The notes beneath the pieces are model-generated. The model was not told the origin of the DNA. It was given only the letters and a program-made list of their open reading frames with translations, and searched no databases. This document shows positions 27,753 to 40,044 of a DNA stretch of 64,000 nucleotides, in pieces. Source of the stretch: Eledone cirrhosa (Eukaryota); contig OZ024743.1 of NCBI GenBank assembly GCA_964016885.1, forward strand, positions 46,004,001 to 46,068,000, given 5' to 3'. Every line of letters begins with the position of its first letter. Position 1 is the first letter of the stretch. The position numbers and the translations under genes were made by a program.

Positions 27753-30700
27753 CTAATTATACCAATCCACCACCACAATTCTACCAATCCACCACCCTAA
27801 TTCTACCAACTCACCACCACAATTCTACCAATCCACCACAATTCTACCAATCCACCACCACCATTCTACCAATCCACCACAATTCTACCAATCCACCACA
27901 ATTCTACCAATCCACCACAATTCTACCAATCCACCACAATTCTACCAACCCACCACCACAATTCTACCAATCCACCACAATTCTACCAATCCACCACAAT
28001 TCTACCAATCCACCACAATTCTACCAATCCACCACCACAATTCTACCAATCCACCACATTTCTACCAAGCTACCCCACAATTCTACCAATCCACCACAAT
28101 TCTACCCTTCCACCACCACCATTCTACCAATCCACCACAATTCTACCAATCACCACAATTCTACCAATCCACCACCACAATTCTACCAATCCACCACAAT
28201 TCTACCAATCCACCACCACAATTCTGCCAATCCACCACAATTCTACCAATCACCACAATTCTACCAATCCACCACAATTCTACCAATCCACCACAATTCT
28301 ACCAATCCACCACAATTCTACCAATCCACCACCATTCTACCGATCCACCACAATTCTACCAATCCACCACAATTCTACCAATCCACCACAATTCTACCAA
28401 TCCACCACCATTCTACCAATCCACCACAATTCTACCAATCCACCACAATTCTACTAATCCACCACAATTCTACCAATCCACCACAATTCTACCAATCCAC
28501 CACAATTCTACTAATCCACCACAATTCTACCAATCCACCACAATTCTACCGATCCACCACAATTCTACCAATCCACCACAATTCTACCAATCCACCACAA
28601 TTCTACCAATCCACCACAATTCTACCGATCCACCACAATTCTACCAATCCACCACAATTCTACCAATCCACCACAATTCTACCAATCCACCACAATTCTA
28701 CCAATCCACCACCATTCTACCAACCCACCACCACAATTCTACCAATCCACCACAATTCTACCAATCCACCACAATTCTACCAATCCACCACAATTCTACC
28801 AATCCACCACAATTATACCAAGCTACCACCACAATTCTACCAATCCACCACAATTCTACCAATCCACCACAATTCTACCAATCCACCACCATTCTACCAA
28901 TCCACCACAATTCTACCAATCCACCACCATTCTACCGATCCACCACAATTCTACCAATCCACCACAATTCTACCAATCCACCACAATTCTACCAATCCAC
29001 CACCACCATTCTACCAATCCACCACAATTCTACCAATCCACCACAATTCTACCAATCCACCACAATTATACCAATCCACCACCATTCTACCGATCCACCA
29101 CAATTCTACCAATCCACCACAATTCTACCAATCCACCACAATTCTACCAATCCACCACCATTCTACCGATCCACCACAATTCTACCAATCCACCACAATT
29201 CTACCAATCCACCACAATTATACCAATCCACCACCACCATTCTACCAATCCACCACAATTCTACCAATCCACCACAATTCTACCAATCCACCACAATTAT
29301 ACCAATCCACCACCACAATTCTACCAATCCACCACAATTCTACCAATCCACCACCATTCTACCAATCCACCACAATTCTACCAATCCAACACAATTCTAC
29401 TAATCCACCACAATTCTACCAATCCACCACAATTCTACCAATCCACCACAATTCTACCAATCCACCACAATTCTACCAATCCACCACAATTATACCAAGC
29501 TACCACCACAATTCTACCAATCCACCACAATTCTACCAATCCACCACCATTCTACCAATCCACCACAATTCTACCAATCCACCACAATTCTACTAATCCA
29601 CCACAATTCTACCAATCCACCACAATTCTACCAATCCACCACAATTCTACCAATCCACCACAATTCTACCAATCCACCACAATTATACCAAGCTACCACC
29701 ACCATTCTACCAATCCACCACAATTCTACCAATCCACCACAATTCTACCAATCCACCACCATTCTACCAAGCTACTACCACCATTCTACCAATCCACCAC
29801 CACCATTCTACCAATCCACCACAATTCTACCAATCCACCACAATTCTACCAATCCACCACAATTCTACCAAGCTACTACCACCATTCTACCAATCCACCA
29901 CCACCATTCTACCAATCCACCACAATTCTACCAATCCACCACAATTCTACCAATCCACCACAATTCTACCAATCCACCACCATTCTACCAATCCACCACA
30001 ATTCTACCAATCCACCACAATTCTACCAAGCTACTACCACCATTCTACCAATCCACCACCACCATTCTACCAATCCACCACAATTCTACCAATCCACCAC
30101 AATTCTACCAATCCACCACAATTCTACCAATCCACCACCATTCTACCAATCCACCACAATTCTACCAATCCACCACAATTCTCCCAATCCACCACCATTC
30201 TACCAATCCACCACCATTCTACCAATCCACCACAATTCTACCAATCCACCACAATTCTACCAATCCACCACAATTCTACCAATCCACCACAATTCTACCA
30301 ATCCACCACCATTCTACCGATCCACCACAATTCTACCAATCCACCACAATTCTACCAATCCACCACAATTCTACCAATCCACCACCATTCTACCAATCCA
30401 CCACAATTCTACCAATCCACCACAATTCTACTAATCCACCACAATTCTACCAATCCACCACAATTCTACCAATCCACCACAATTCTACCAATCCACCACA
30501 ATTCTACCAATCCACCACAATTCTACCAATCCACCACCATTCTACCGATCCACCACAATTCTACCAATCCACCACAATTCTACCAATCCACCACAATTCT
30601 ACCAATCCACCACAATTCTACCAATCCACCACCATTCTACCAATCCACCACAATTCTACCAATCCACCACAATTCTACTAATCCACCACAATTCTACCAA

Positions 30701-32050
30701 TCCACCACCATTCTACCGATCCACCACAATTCTACCAATCCACCACAATTCTACCAATCCACCACAATTCTACCAATCCACCACCATTCTACCAATCCAC
30801 CACAATTCTACCAATCCACCACCATTCTACCAATCCACCACAATTCTACCAATCCACCACAATTCTACTAATCCACCACAATTCTACCAATCCACCACAA
30901 TTCTACTAATCCACCACAATTCTACCAATCCACCACAATTCTACCAATCCACCACCATTCTACCAATCCACCACAATTCTACCAATCCACCACAATTCTA
31001 CCAATCCACCACAATTATACCAATCCACCACAATTATACCAAGCTACCACCACAATTCTACCAATCCACCACAATTCTACCAATCCACCACAATTCTACC
31101 AATCCACCACCATTCTACCAATCCACCACAATTCTACCAATCCACCACCATTCTACCAATCCACCACAATTCTACCAATCCACCACAATTCTACCAAGCT
31201 ACTACCACCATTCTACCAATCCACCACCACCATTCTACCAATCCACCACAATTCTACCAATCCACCACAATTCTACCAATCCACCACAATTCTACCAATC
31301 CACCACCATTCTACCAATCCACCACCATTCTACCAATCCACCACAATTCTACCAATCCACCACAATTCTACCAATCCACCACAATTCTACCAATCCACCA
31401 CAATTCTACCAATCCACCACAATTCTACCAATCCACCACAATTCTACCAATCCACCACAATTCTACCAATCCACCACCATTCTACCAATCCACCACAATT
31501 CTACCAATCCACCACAATTCTACCAAGCTACTACCACCATTCTACCAATCCACCACCACCATTCTACCAATCCACCACAATTCTACCAATCCACCACAAT
31601 TCTACCAATCCACCACAATTCTACCAATCCACCACCATTCTACCAATCCACCACCATTCTACCAATCCACCACAATTCTACCAATCCACCACAATTCTAC
31701 CAATCCACCACAATTCTACCAATCCACCACCATTCTACCAATCCACCACAATTCTACCAATCCACCACAATTCTACCAATCCACCACAATTCTCCCAATC
31801 CACCACCATTCTACCAATCCACCACCATTCTACCAATCCACCACAATTCTACCAATCCACCACAATTCTACCAATCCACCACAATTCTACCAATCCACCA
31901 CAATTCTACCAATCCACCACCACCATTCTACCAATCCTCCACAATTCTACCAATCCACCACAATTCTACCAATCCACCACCACAATTCTACCAATCCACC
32001 ACCACCATTCGACCAATCCACCACCATTCTACCAATCCACCACCCTAATT
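27728..32050. repeat. 19-bp minisatellite (CCACAATTCTACCAATCCA)n, about 4.3 kb
   Basis: Directly visible; variants include an extra CCA, CCAT, CGAT, CTAA and AAGCTA. Confidence 0.97.
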
Positions 32051-32364
32051 CTTGTTATAATAAGACCACTAGGTAGAGTGTCTAAAAATATCACTAAATA
32101 GCTCTCTAGGATCAGTTTAACAATAAACCTTGGAACACTACAGAGAGCATACCTCCTTGATACAGCTAGAACCCAGTAGATTCGCCAACACTACTTCTGT
32201 TACAAGGAGTTATCATTTATTTTATCCATCCATGGGCCCTACCTCTTAATGCAGTCGTTGGAATCGTTAGGGCGTGTCCATGGCATTTAACCCTGGCAGA
32301 GTACATCCCTTTTCTGAACACAGCCTACTTCTTCAGAGAGATAGGGTGTAAATAAAGAGGAATC

Positions 32365-32512
32365 ACCCCAGTCCTAGACTGGTACTTTATTTGTCGACCT
32401 TGAAAGGATGAAAGACAAAGTTGACCTCGACGGGATTTGAACTAAGAGCAAAGAAATGAATATCGCGAAGCCCTCTATCCGGCGCTCTAACGACTCTGTC
32501 TATCAGCCCCCT
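32365..32512 (-). mobile_element. Diverged SINE copy
   Basis: CTGGTACTTTATTTGTCGACC..GGATGAAAG..GATTTGAAC matches the SINE family in reverse. Confidence 0.7.
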
Positions 32513-32583
32513 TAATCGTGTCTTATAGATTATAAGTAAAGATTTTTATCTGGATAAAAAAAATTAAATCTTATTAACTCGAA

Positions 32584-32822
32584 GTGGTGGTGGTAGTGGT
32601 GGTGATAGTGGTGGTAGTGGTGGTAGTGGTGGTGGTGATAGTGGAGGCGGCACTGGTAGTGGTGGTAATAGTGGTGGAGATTGTGGTGGTGGTGATAGTG
32701 GTGGTGGTGGTGATAGTGGAGTGGTACTGGTAGTAGTGGTGATAGTGGTGGTAGTGGTGGTGGTCATAGTGGAGGTGCTGGTGGTGGTGGTGCTAATGGT
32801 GGTGGTGGTGGCAGCGGTGGAT
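32584..32822. repeat. Degenerate (GGT)n tract
   Basis: Directly visible. Confidence 0.9.
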
Positions 32823-33219
32823 GGGGAAAAAGCGAACATATGGAAGACGTGAAAGAAATGAATTGACAGTTATAAGGTATTATCCTTCCTTCTAGAGACA
32901 TAGGCATAGACACATAGATATATATCTGATTGGCTAAAACAAAAATAAAATCTTATTAACTAGGAGACAAGCCATCTTAGTTGTCTTCTTTAGATTCATC
33001 TTTTTCTTTCTTCATTTTTAAACTTTGTATGTTTTTCTTCGTTTCTTATCTAGATCACACCATTCATCTGTATCCAAGGCACGATTCAGTTGACAGATGC
33101 TATTCTTGTCGTCAATCGTATCACATACAGAAATATCTTCCTCCAGTTTATTCCTATTACACATCGCAATACGTTTTACATATTGCGATGTACTTTTAAT
33201 GTCATCATCATCATCATCA

Positions 33220-35720
33220 TTATTTTAATATCTTCACCTTTTCCATTTTCCACAGTCGGGCTATCTCGTATTTAAGAGAATTGTACTCGTCTACTTTCTC
33301 ACCTTTCTTCTCAACCACCTGTGAGTCAAATGTGCCTGCAACGTCGATTACAACACACACATGATTTGCTTTGTCCACCACCACTAAGTCTGGCTTGTTG
33401 TGCTCAAACACTATACATACTCGGCATAACGGCGACACTTTCTCATTCTAAGACTGACCTCCGAATTTGTGTAGAAAGTTTGGTCTTGTTCTGCAAGTAT
33501 AGTATTCTCAGTCTCCTTTTTAAGTACTCCGTTCTTCAACCAGTTCCATCTATGTTCTCCGGTAACTTCAGTTGTGACCATGTGAAATTCTTTATGTAAC
33601 CCTTTGTTGAATAGAGCTTCTTCATGGCCTTCTTGCACCTCTTGTTTTGTTTTCTCCTTCTTTCCTGCTTTCAACATGCCCTCACTTTAGGTTAGATATC
33701 TCAACAAGCTCTCATGTTCAATATACATGCAGTTTTCCACATTTATCAGTCCCCTCCCTCCATTTTCTCTCTTCATATATAGGTGATCAATGTCTGTACG
33801 TGGATGATGAGCTTCATGCATGGTTAGAAGCTTTCTTGTCTTCCTGAACAACTGCTTCGTAATTACAGCTCTATAAAGAACCACTGAAACTGCGCACGAG
33901 TTTATTGCTGAAATTGTTTCCAGCATTCAGCTTTGAATCTAATATCTTTCTCAACCGTCTTAGATACTCTTTCTTTGTCTTTGCTTAATTCCATCTGCCT
34001 CAAGTATTCTCAGGTATTTATATCTGGATTCAGGTTCAATTGCCTTCAGCATTTCACCACTTTGCATATTTATAACTTCTGTTCTGACAAACTTTCCTCT
34101 CCTCATCACCATCACAGTAAATTTTGAAAGTCCAAACTCCATCGTGATATCATTTGAGAAAATCCGTCCAGTATGGGCAAGGCTGTCTAATTCTGCCTAA
34201 CCTTTTGCAAAGAACTTCAAATCATACATAAATAGCGGGCGATTGAGCTTTCCTTTACCATTCCCAGATTATACTCCAACTTTGTCTTCCGCAATATTTC
34301 ATTCAATAGAATCATTCCCAGCACAAAGATCAATGGGTATACATTGTCCCCAGAGAAGATTCCTCTCCTTATTGTCACTTGATTTCCTGCTGTAACTTCA
34401 GAACTCCAGTATTTCATCCCGTTCTGGATAAGGCTTCTCTTGTTTTCTACTTCATACATCTCCATAGTTCTTGTTATCCATGAGTGTAGTATCATATTGT
34501 ATGTTTTACGATGATCAATCCGTCTTGCTCAAATTTGTGTGCCTCCTCCTGTAGCTTTTGATTATTAGTTTATCAATTAATAGCTGATCTTTTGTTTCCC
34601 TGCTCCTCTTTCAATACCCCCTTCTGTTCAATTGGTAGCAGCCCACGTTTTCTCTAGATATCCATACAGTTCATCGACCAAAACACCTGTCAGTAGTTTC
34701 CACATTAGCAAGAAACACGTTATTGTTCGGAAGTTGGATACATTGTTACCCTTGTCAGTTTCCTTGTCCCATAATGTGACATCCAGCTGGGAAGTAAGTC
34801 TTCCAGCCAAGATCTATCCAACTGTTGTGCTATCCATTCGTGGAGCCTTCTCAACTACTTCATCCTTGGACACCTTCCGACTCTGGGATCTTCCAACTTC
34901 GTATACTACTTATCTGACATTTTCTCTTTTTTTTATTTATTATTATTATCAGCGTGTGGCTGCCTGGTTAGAGAATTGGATTCACAATCTTGTGGTTGTG
35001 AGTTCGACTCCTGGACCGGGCGATGCGTTATGTCCTTGAGCAAGACACTTTATTTCACGTTGCTCCTTCTACCTGGAGTTGCGACCGATAGATAGTACTA
35101 GCAACTGGAAATACCAACGAAAACATTATTTCCTCGGTCCGATTTGACGAAAGTCGATCGATCCTATGTTGTCTTCATTTGCATGTTTCCCTATCCACCT
35201 TAGATTTCATGCATCCACTCAGCATTATCATTATGTTCTACAGGTTGATCCCAGACACCACCCAAACACACACAAAAATTCTGCTTTCTTTTGCATTAGG
35301 TATGAATTCCTCACTTGGGTTTCTCTGGTTGACTTCAAACAATCTTTTCTGCCTGAACTGTTTTGTTCTATTATCATATCTTTCCAATTTGCCTTGACCA
35401 CAACTGCTTTTTTGTTTCAATTCTTCTAATACTACTTCAGATCCTTTATCTTCTAATCTCTATGTTCTTTCCAACCGTATATTTGTGGTTTTATTTCGCA
35501 AGTCCCTTTGTTTTCAATCTATAAACTTGTCTTAATCCCTTTTCAACTTTGTTTCTCACAAATTCGTCTACACCAATATGGTTACTTTCGTTCTATCTGA
35601 TCCCTTCTTTTGTATCCTGCTCTCTCTCTCTCTGCGGCAAGCTTTGCTGCAACCCTGATAATCTTGTTGATGCCACTTATATTTCCTGTCTGAAATACTC
35701 CAAGGACAGAATCTGCTTTT
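33220..35720 (-). pseudogene. Old, heavily decayed Dong/R4-clade element interrupted by a CORE-like SINE piece (~34950-35070)
   Basis: Fragments: QFRQKRLFEVNQ, NFRTITC..MWKLLT, IRRGIF.GD, MEFGLSK, GGRGL, WNWLKNG.LKKETE, HNKPDLVVVDK. Confidence 0.82.
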
Positions 35721-36006
35721 ACCTTACACTTATCTGAATCTAAACTATAATAAATTAAGAAATGCGAAACTGCGTCCAGAATATATTTTTGTAACATAAG
35801 ATTACTTTGAATAAATAATAAATGAATATTACATAATTTATCTACTAAATTTCGTTATTCTTGATTAAATATAAATAATTTTGTTGCTTATTTTAAGATT
35901 CACTTCTTTAAAATTTTCAAATGTCAACACTTCCGGTTAGCGATCGCTTAAATAAACATTCATATGTTTCTGTCACTAATTTTCTTCTAATGCAGTTTAT
36001 ATATAA

Positions 36007-36572
36007 CTAGTAGTGGTACCTGGCGTTGCACGGGATGAGGTAATTTGGAACGCGGGCTGCCAACAGACCTAATCGTGGAAAAACTGCATGCCTGGACAAT
36101 ATGTAAAGAAAATAAACCGAATACTCTGATGGCTGGATAATCTAAGATTTTCCTCGATGAGGCAGGAAAAAGGCAGATCCTAGGGGATCAAGAAAATGAA
36201 TTTTTTTTATGAGCATAATATGCCTTGAAATTTCGGGTAAATCGGCTAGACGTAACGCCTCAAAAAAAGCCCTAAAAAGCTGAAAAAAATGAAGTTTTTC
36301 ACCTAATGCGGGCCCTAGGCCATAAAAAAGTTGGATTTTCTTTGCTCACGGTATGAAGAAGAGGCTGACTAATACATAGTTACAATTTCAAGGAAATGGG
36401 TCTGACGCAACGCCTCAAAATACTCCTAAAAAGCTGGAAAAAACGCAGTTTTTCACCTAATGCGGACCCTAGGGGATCAAAAAGTTGAATTTTTTATGTG
36501 CATAACACTCCCTGAAATATAAGTAATACACATGTAAAGTTTGAAAAAGGTCGGTTGGGTACTTCTCAGGTT

Positions 36573-36655
<83 letters not shown>

Positions 36656-36700
36656 CATACATGATGATGGCTGCCCCTCGTTATCGAGAAAAAAAGAAAA
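36007..36700 (-). mobile_element. Non-autonomous Helitron-like element with internal subrepeats
   Basis: CTAG at 36007-36010 next to hairpin-like CCTGGCGTTGCACGGG; (TG)n tract near the 5' end; repeated CACCTAATGCGG.CCCTAGG blocks. Confidence 0.65.
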
Positions 36701-37329
36701 AAAACATAATAATAACAATAATAATAACAACAATAATAATATACATATATATATACACACACACGTACACACACAAACATATCTATACACACACACACGA
36801 TAGCAATTAACAGCGCTGCGATCGAATGTGGCTTTTTAGCCCAGCCAATGATCTAAAATGTCTTGCACAGAGTCGGCAACCAAAACATTCACTGGGAATA
36901 GCCGGCTGTGGTTGGAGTTCATGTACTTTTGCATGTCATACATACATACATACATACATACATACATACATACATACATACATACATACATACATACATC
37001 CTTCCTCAGTTTTATATATATATACATATATAGATTAAAATAACAGATTAAAGTTTAAGCAAAGAATCGTTGCTTTCACCCTTAACGGGATCTTCTGAAA
37101 CTAAAAACATCAATCTGTGAACGCAGAAGTAAATATTTCGAAAAACGTTGCAGCCGAAGGAAAACAGGAAGACGATACTTTGGTTCGTGAAGACGTTCCC
37201 TGGCAATGAACAGATAATAACAAACATAATACGTCATCAATGTTCGTCAGAATGTCGTAATGCAGACAACCAGGCATACAGACAGATATTATAAGTGCGC
37301 GACGGAGATGGATAACCGGCGCCTAACAC

Positions 37330-37501
37330 CCCTTTAACAACAGAAAATTGAAAAATAAAACCTGCAATTAATATCTTTAGACCGCAAGGAATATATAAAT
37401 GCAAGTTTGAAGTCTATCGGAGTAGTAATGTGGATTTGTATAGACTTTGCAAAAATGAGGACACACACACACACAGACAACATCAGTTTTATATATATAG
37501 A
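37330..37501 (-). mobile_element. 5' portion of a Helitron-like element (left boundary uncertain)
   Basis: Minus strand begins TCTATATATATAAAACTGATGTTGTCTGTGTGTG. Confidence 0.55.
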
Positions 37502-38467
37502 CTAGCAGAAAACCACCCTCTGGGCGGTTTTCTGCGAGCAAATCTAGCGTATATACTGATATTGTTGAGATTTGGATGAGAAATGTTTTCGGCACCACAT
37601 GTTCACCGTCTCTCGGTGTGTCTTTTATGCATGTATAAATATATATGTTATCTATACGGTGAAATCTTTGAAATAAATATATGTTAAAACGAAAAAGGAG
37701 AAAATAAATAACTGGCGGTTATAAAAAAATATTCCTATGAAATTTTAATCATACCATTAGGTGTGAATAAGGAAATATTTTTTTTATTGTCAAAACAAAT
37801 GTTCAAAAGTTAAACTTCAATTTTTCCAATTTTTTCATGAAATTGAACATTGGACATTGGCTGCTGGAAATGGAAAATAAATCGTATTTAATTGTATTTA
37901 AATTTCTAACCTTATTTTATTATTTATATTTTTTCAATAAGAAATTTAAAAAAACAACAAAAAAATTGAAGAAAAATATTGAACAAATCAAACGTAGGTT
38001 ATGGAACTGCGCAATCTGATTAATAAATTACCTCATCAGCAGCAACCTTTTTCAAATGGTCCTTATTATCAGCAGCAACAACCACAAATTCAATGGCAAC
38101 CTTCTTCAAACCACAAATTCGATGGCAACCTTCTTCGCATGGTGTCAAGTCAGAACCGCCTCGAACTGGTTACTTCTGGCTTGTGCAAGGTGTCCCTATA
38201 GCAACCAGCGATTCCCTCGGCCTCAGTGACCAAAGTCAGTGGAGAGGGGAAGGTAATGTTTCTATAAAGGAAGGGGAAGGTAATATTTCTGTAGCACGTG
38301 TTTTAGCGTCTATTCACTCTCTCTTTCTCTCCCTCTCTCCCTCTCTCCCTCCCGCTATCCCCCTCTCGTAGTCTGTCTCTTTCTTTCACTCTCACTCTCT
38401 CTCTACGCACGTGTTTCCACTGTCGGACAGGCAGACAGAGAAATTGCTGGTTATATATATAAGTAGA
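37502..38467 (-). mobile_element. Non-autonomous Helitron-like element
   Basis: Minus-strand 5' A|TCTACTTATATATATAA at 38467; 3' hairpin GCAGAAAACC..GGTTTTCTGC then CTAG at 37502-37505. Confidence 0.72.
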
Positions 38468-38469
38468 TA

Positions 38470-38823
38470 TGTAGCGGAGTTGCGTCCCTTTGTGACGGTC
38501 GCGACTCCCAGTGGCAGATCCATGTACTAAACGGAGTTGCGTCCCCCTGGGGACTATATATTTGAGAACATCAAGGCATTAACTCTCTCACTTCCTACGC
38601 CGCAGCAAGAAGAACCACTTCAGACCTGAGATGACTCCTGTCTTCTCTCTTTCTTTCTCTACACGCTCCAGTCTGGGAGTTGTGACCAACTGACCATCAA
38701 CATGTGGTAAAAATTATTTCTATTAATTTATTTGACTTCTGTGAAGTAAAACCATGTCACAACACTCACCTGCATTTATTGTCATTCTTAATAATATATA
38801 TACACTGATACCAACATTCTAAA
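38470..38823 (+). repeat. 5' LTR
   Basis: TGTAGCGGAG...CATTCTAAA; about 8 substitutions versus the 3' LTR, counted by eye. Confidence 0.93.
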
Positions 38824-39459
38824 TTGGGGACACCAAAAAAAAAAAAAAAAAAAAAAAGAGAATGGGAAACGGTACCATGTGTATATAAAAAAAAAAGAAA
38901 GAAAAAAACATTTAATACAGAACAACACGCTTCATTCTGATCTGGCTGTATTTTACTGATTTCAGCATCTTTATCTGTAACATTTAACAATCAAACTCTT
39001 CATATGTGCAAAGCGAACATTCCATTTATTTACACACAAACACAAAAAAAAAAAAAAGATGATATTGCTGCTAGCTTCCTAGCAAAACAAGAAATTGTAT
39101 GAATGTTTTTTCTTCTTTTCTTCTTTTCTTCTTTTCTTCTTTTCTTCTTTTCTTCTTTTCTTCTTTTCTCTGGCTAAAATTTTTTAGGATGATAAGATGG
39201 CGGCTTTCTGCTCCATCAATAGTGTTTTTGGCGCGAAATCGTCCGCCATATTGGTTTTAGTTTTAAATTCCTTGCCTATACCTTGTTAATGACATCGCTC
39301 TGTTAGTCGCTCCTTTACATGTTGTCTCGGATGCATTATTTTTCCTGTCCAGTTGTTTGACAGAGAAAAACAAGCGATTTTGTTTTCCTTTTCCCTTGTG
39401 TTGGAGACATTTTTCCAAACGGAGACGATTTTTTGCAGATTACCTATATGGTCCATCTG

Positions 39460-40020
39460 GAGCATATCGGTGATGGCACCCCATCGAACCTCCTAAGGTG
39501 AATGAAGGACCTAACGGAGGGGTCGGTAGCGGAAACTGCCATGTTGAAGCAGTTGTTCTTCTCGTGCCTACCGACCAACGTACAGGCAATTTTGGCCCCC
39601 ATTAGGGATACTTGCACAGTGGATCAGCTTGCTGCCTCCAACGACAAAGTTTTCGAAGTTACGGGTGCTGGAGGCAGCGAAGCCCTTGCTGCTGTTTTCC
39701 AACCAGCTCAGGCCATACCTGGCCATGCCATCTGCGCGGCAGCTCCTACAGACAGCTCAGCTATTATGGCGATGCAGAAGGCCATTCAGGAACTCACCTT
39801 GGAACTCCAGAAGATGAAGGTCTGGTGTGGTACCCGTTCGCGCCCGCGCATCCGCGGAAGATCTCAATCTTTTAGACGCCCCCCCCTCCCCCCAGGCCAC
39901 CAGCTTCATCTTTATGCTGGTACCATGAGCGATTTGCCGAGAGCACGAACCACTGCGTGCAACCTTCCTCGTTTCATAAGGCGGGAAACGCCAAAGAGGT
40001 CCGCTGATGGGGGCAGTTGA
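39460..40020 (+). pseudogene. gag remnant (C-terminal part)
   Basis: LKQLFFSCLPTNVQAILA and an Arg/Ser-rich stretch before a frameshifted Cys/His knuckle; N-terminus not recognisable. Confidence 0.7.
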
Positions 40021-40044
40021 CCTCAACATAAAGCCACCAAACCG

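Noticed and set aside
27707-29596. 629-aa repetitive ORF
   Set aside because: It is the translation of the stop-free 19-bp minisatellite; the 19-aa period equals three units.
27728-32050. CRISPR-like or telomeric array
   Set aside because: No unique spacers, no cas genes, eukaryotic context, and the unit is not a known telomere repeat.
37060-37110. Hammerhead-like CAGAAGA-CCC..GGG-GAAA on the minus strand
   Set aside because: Core mutated and no convincing stems I and III.
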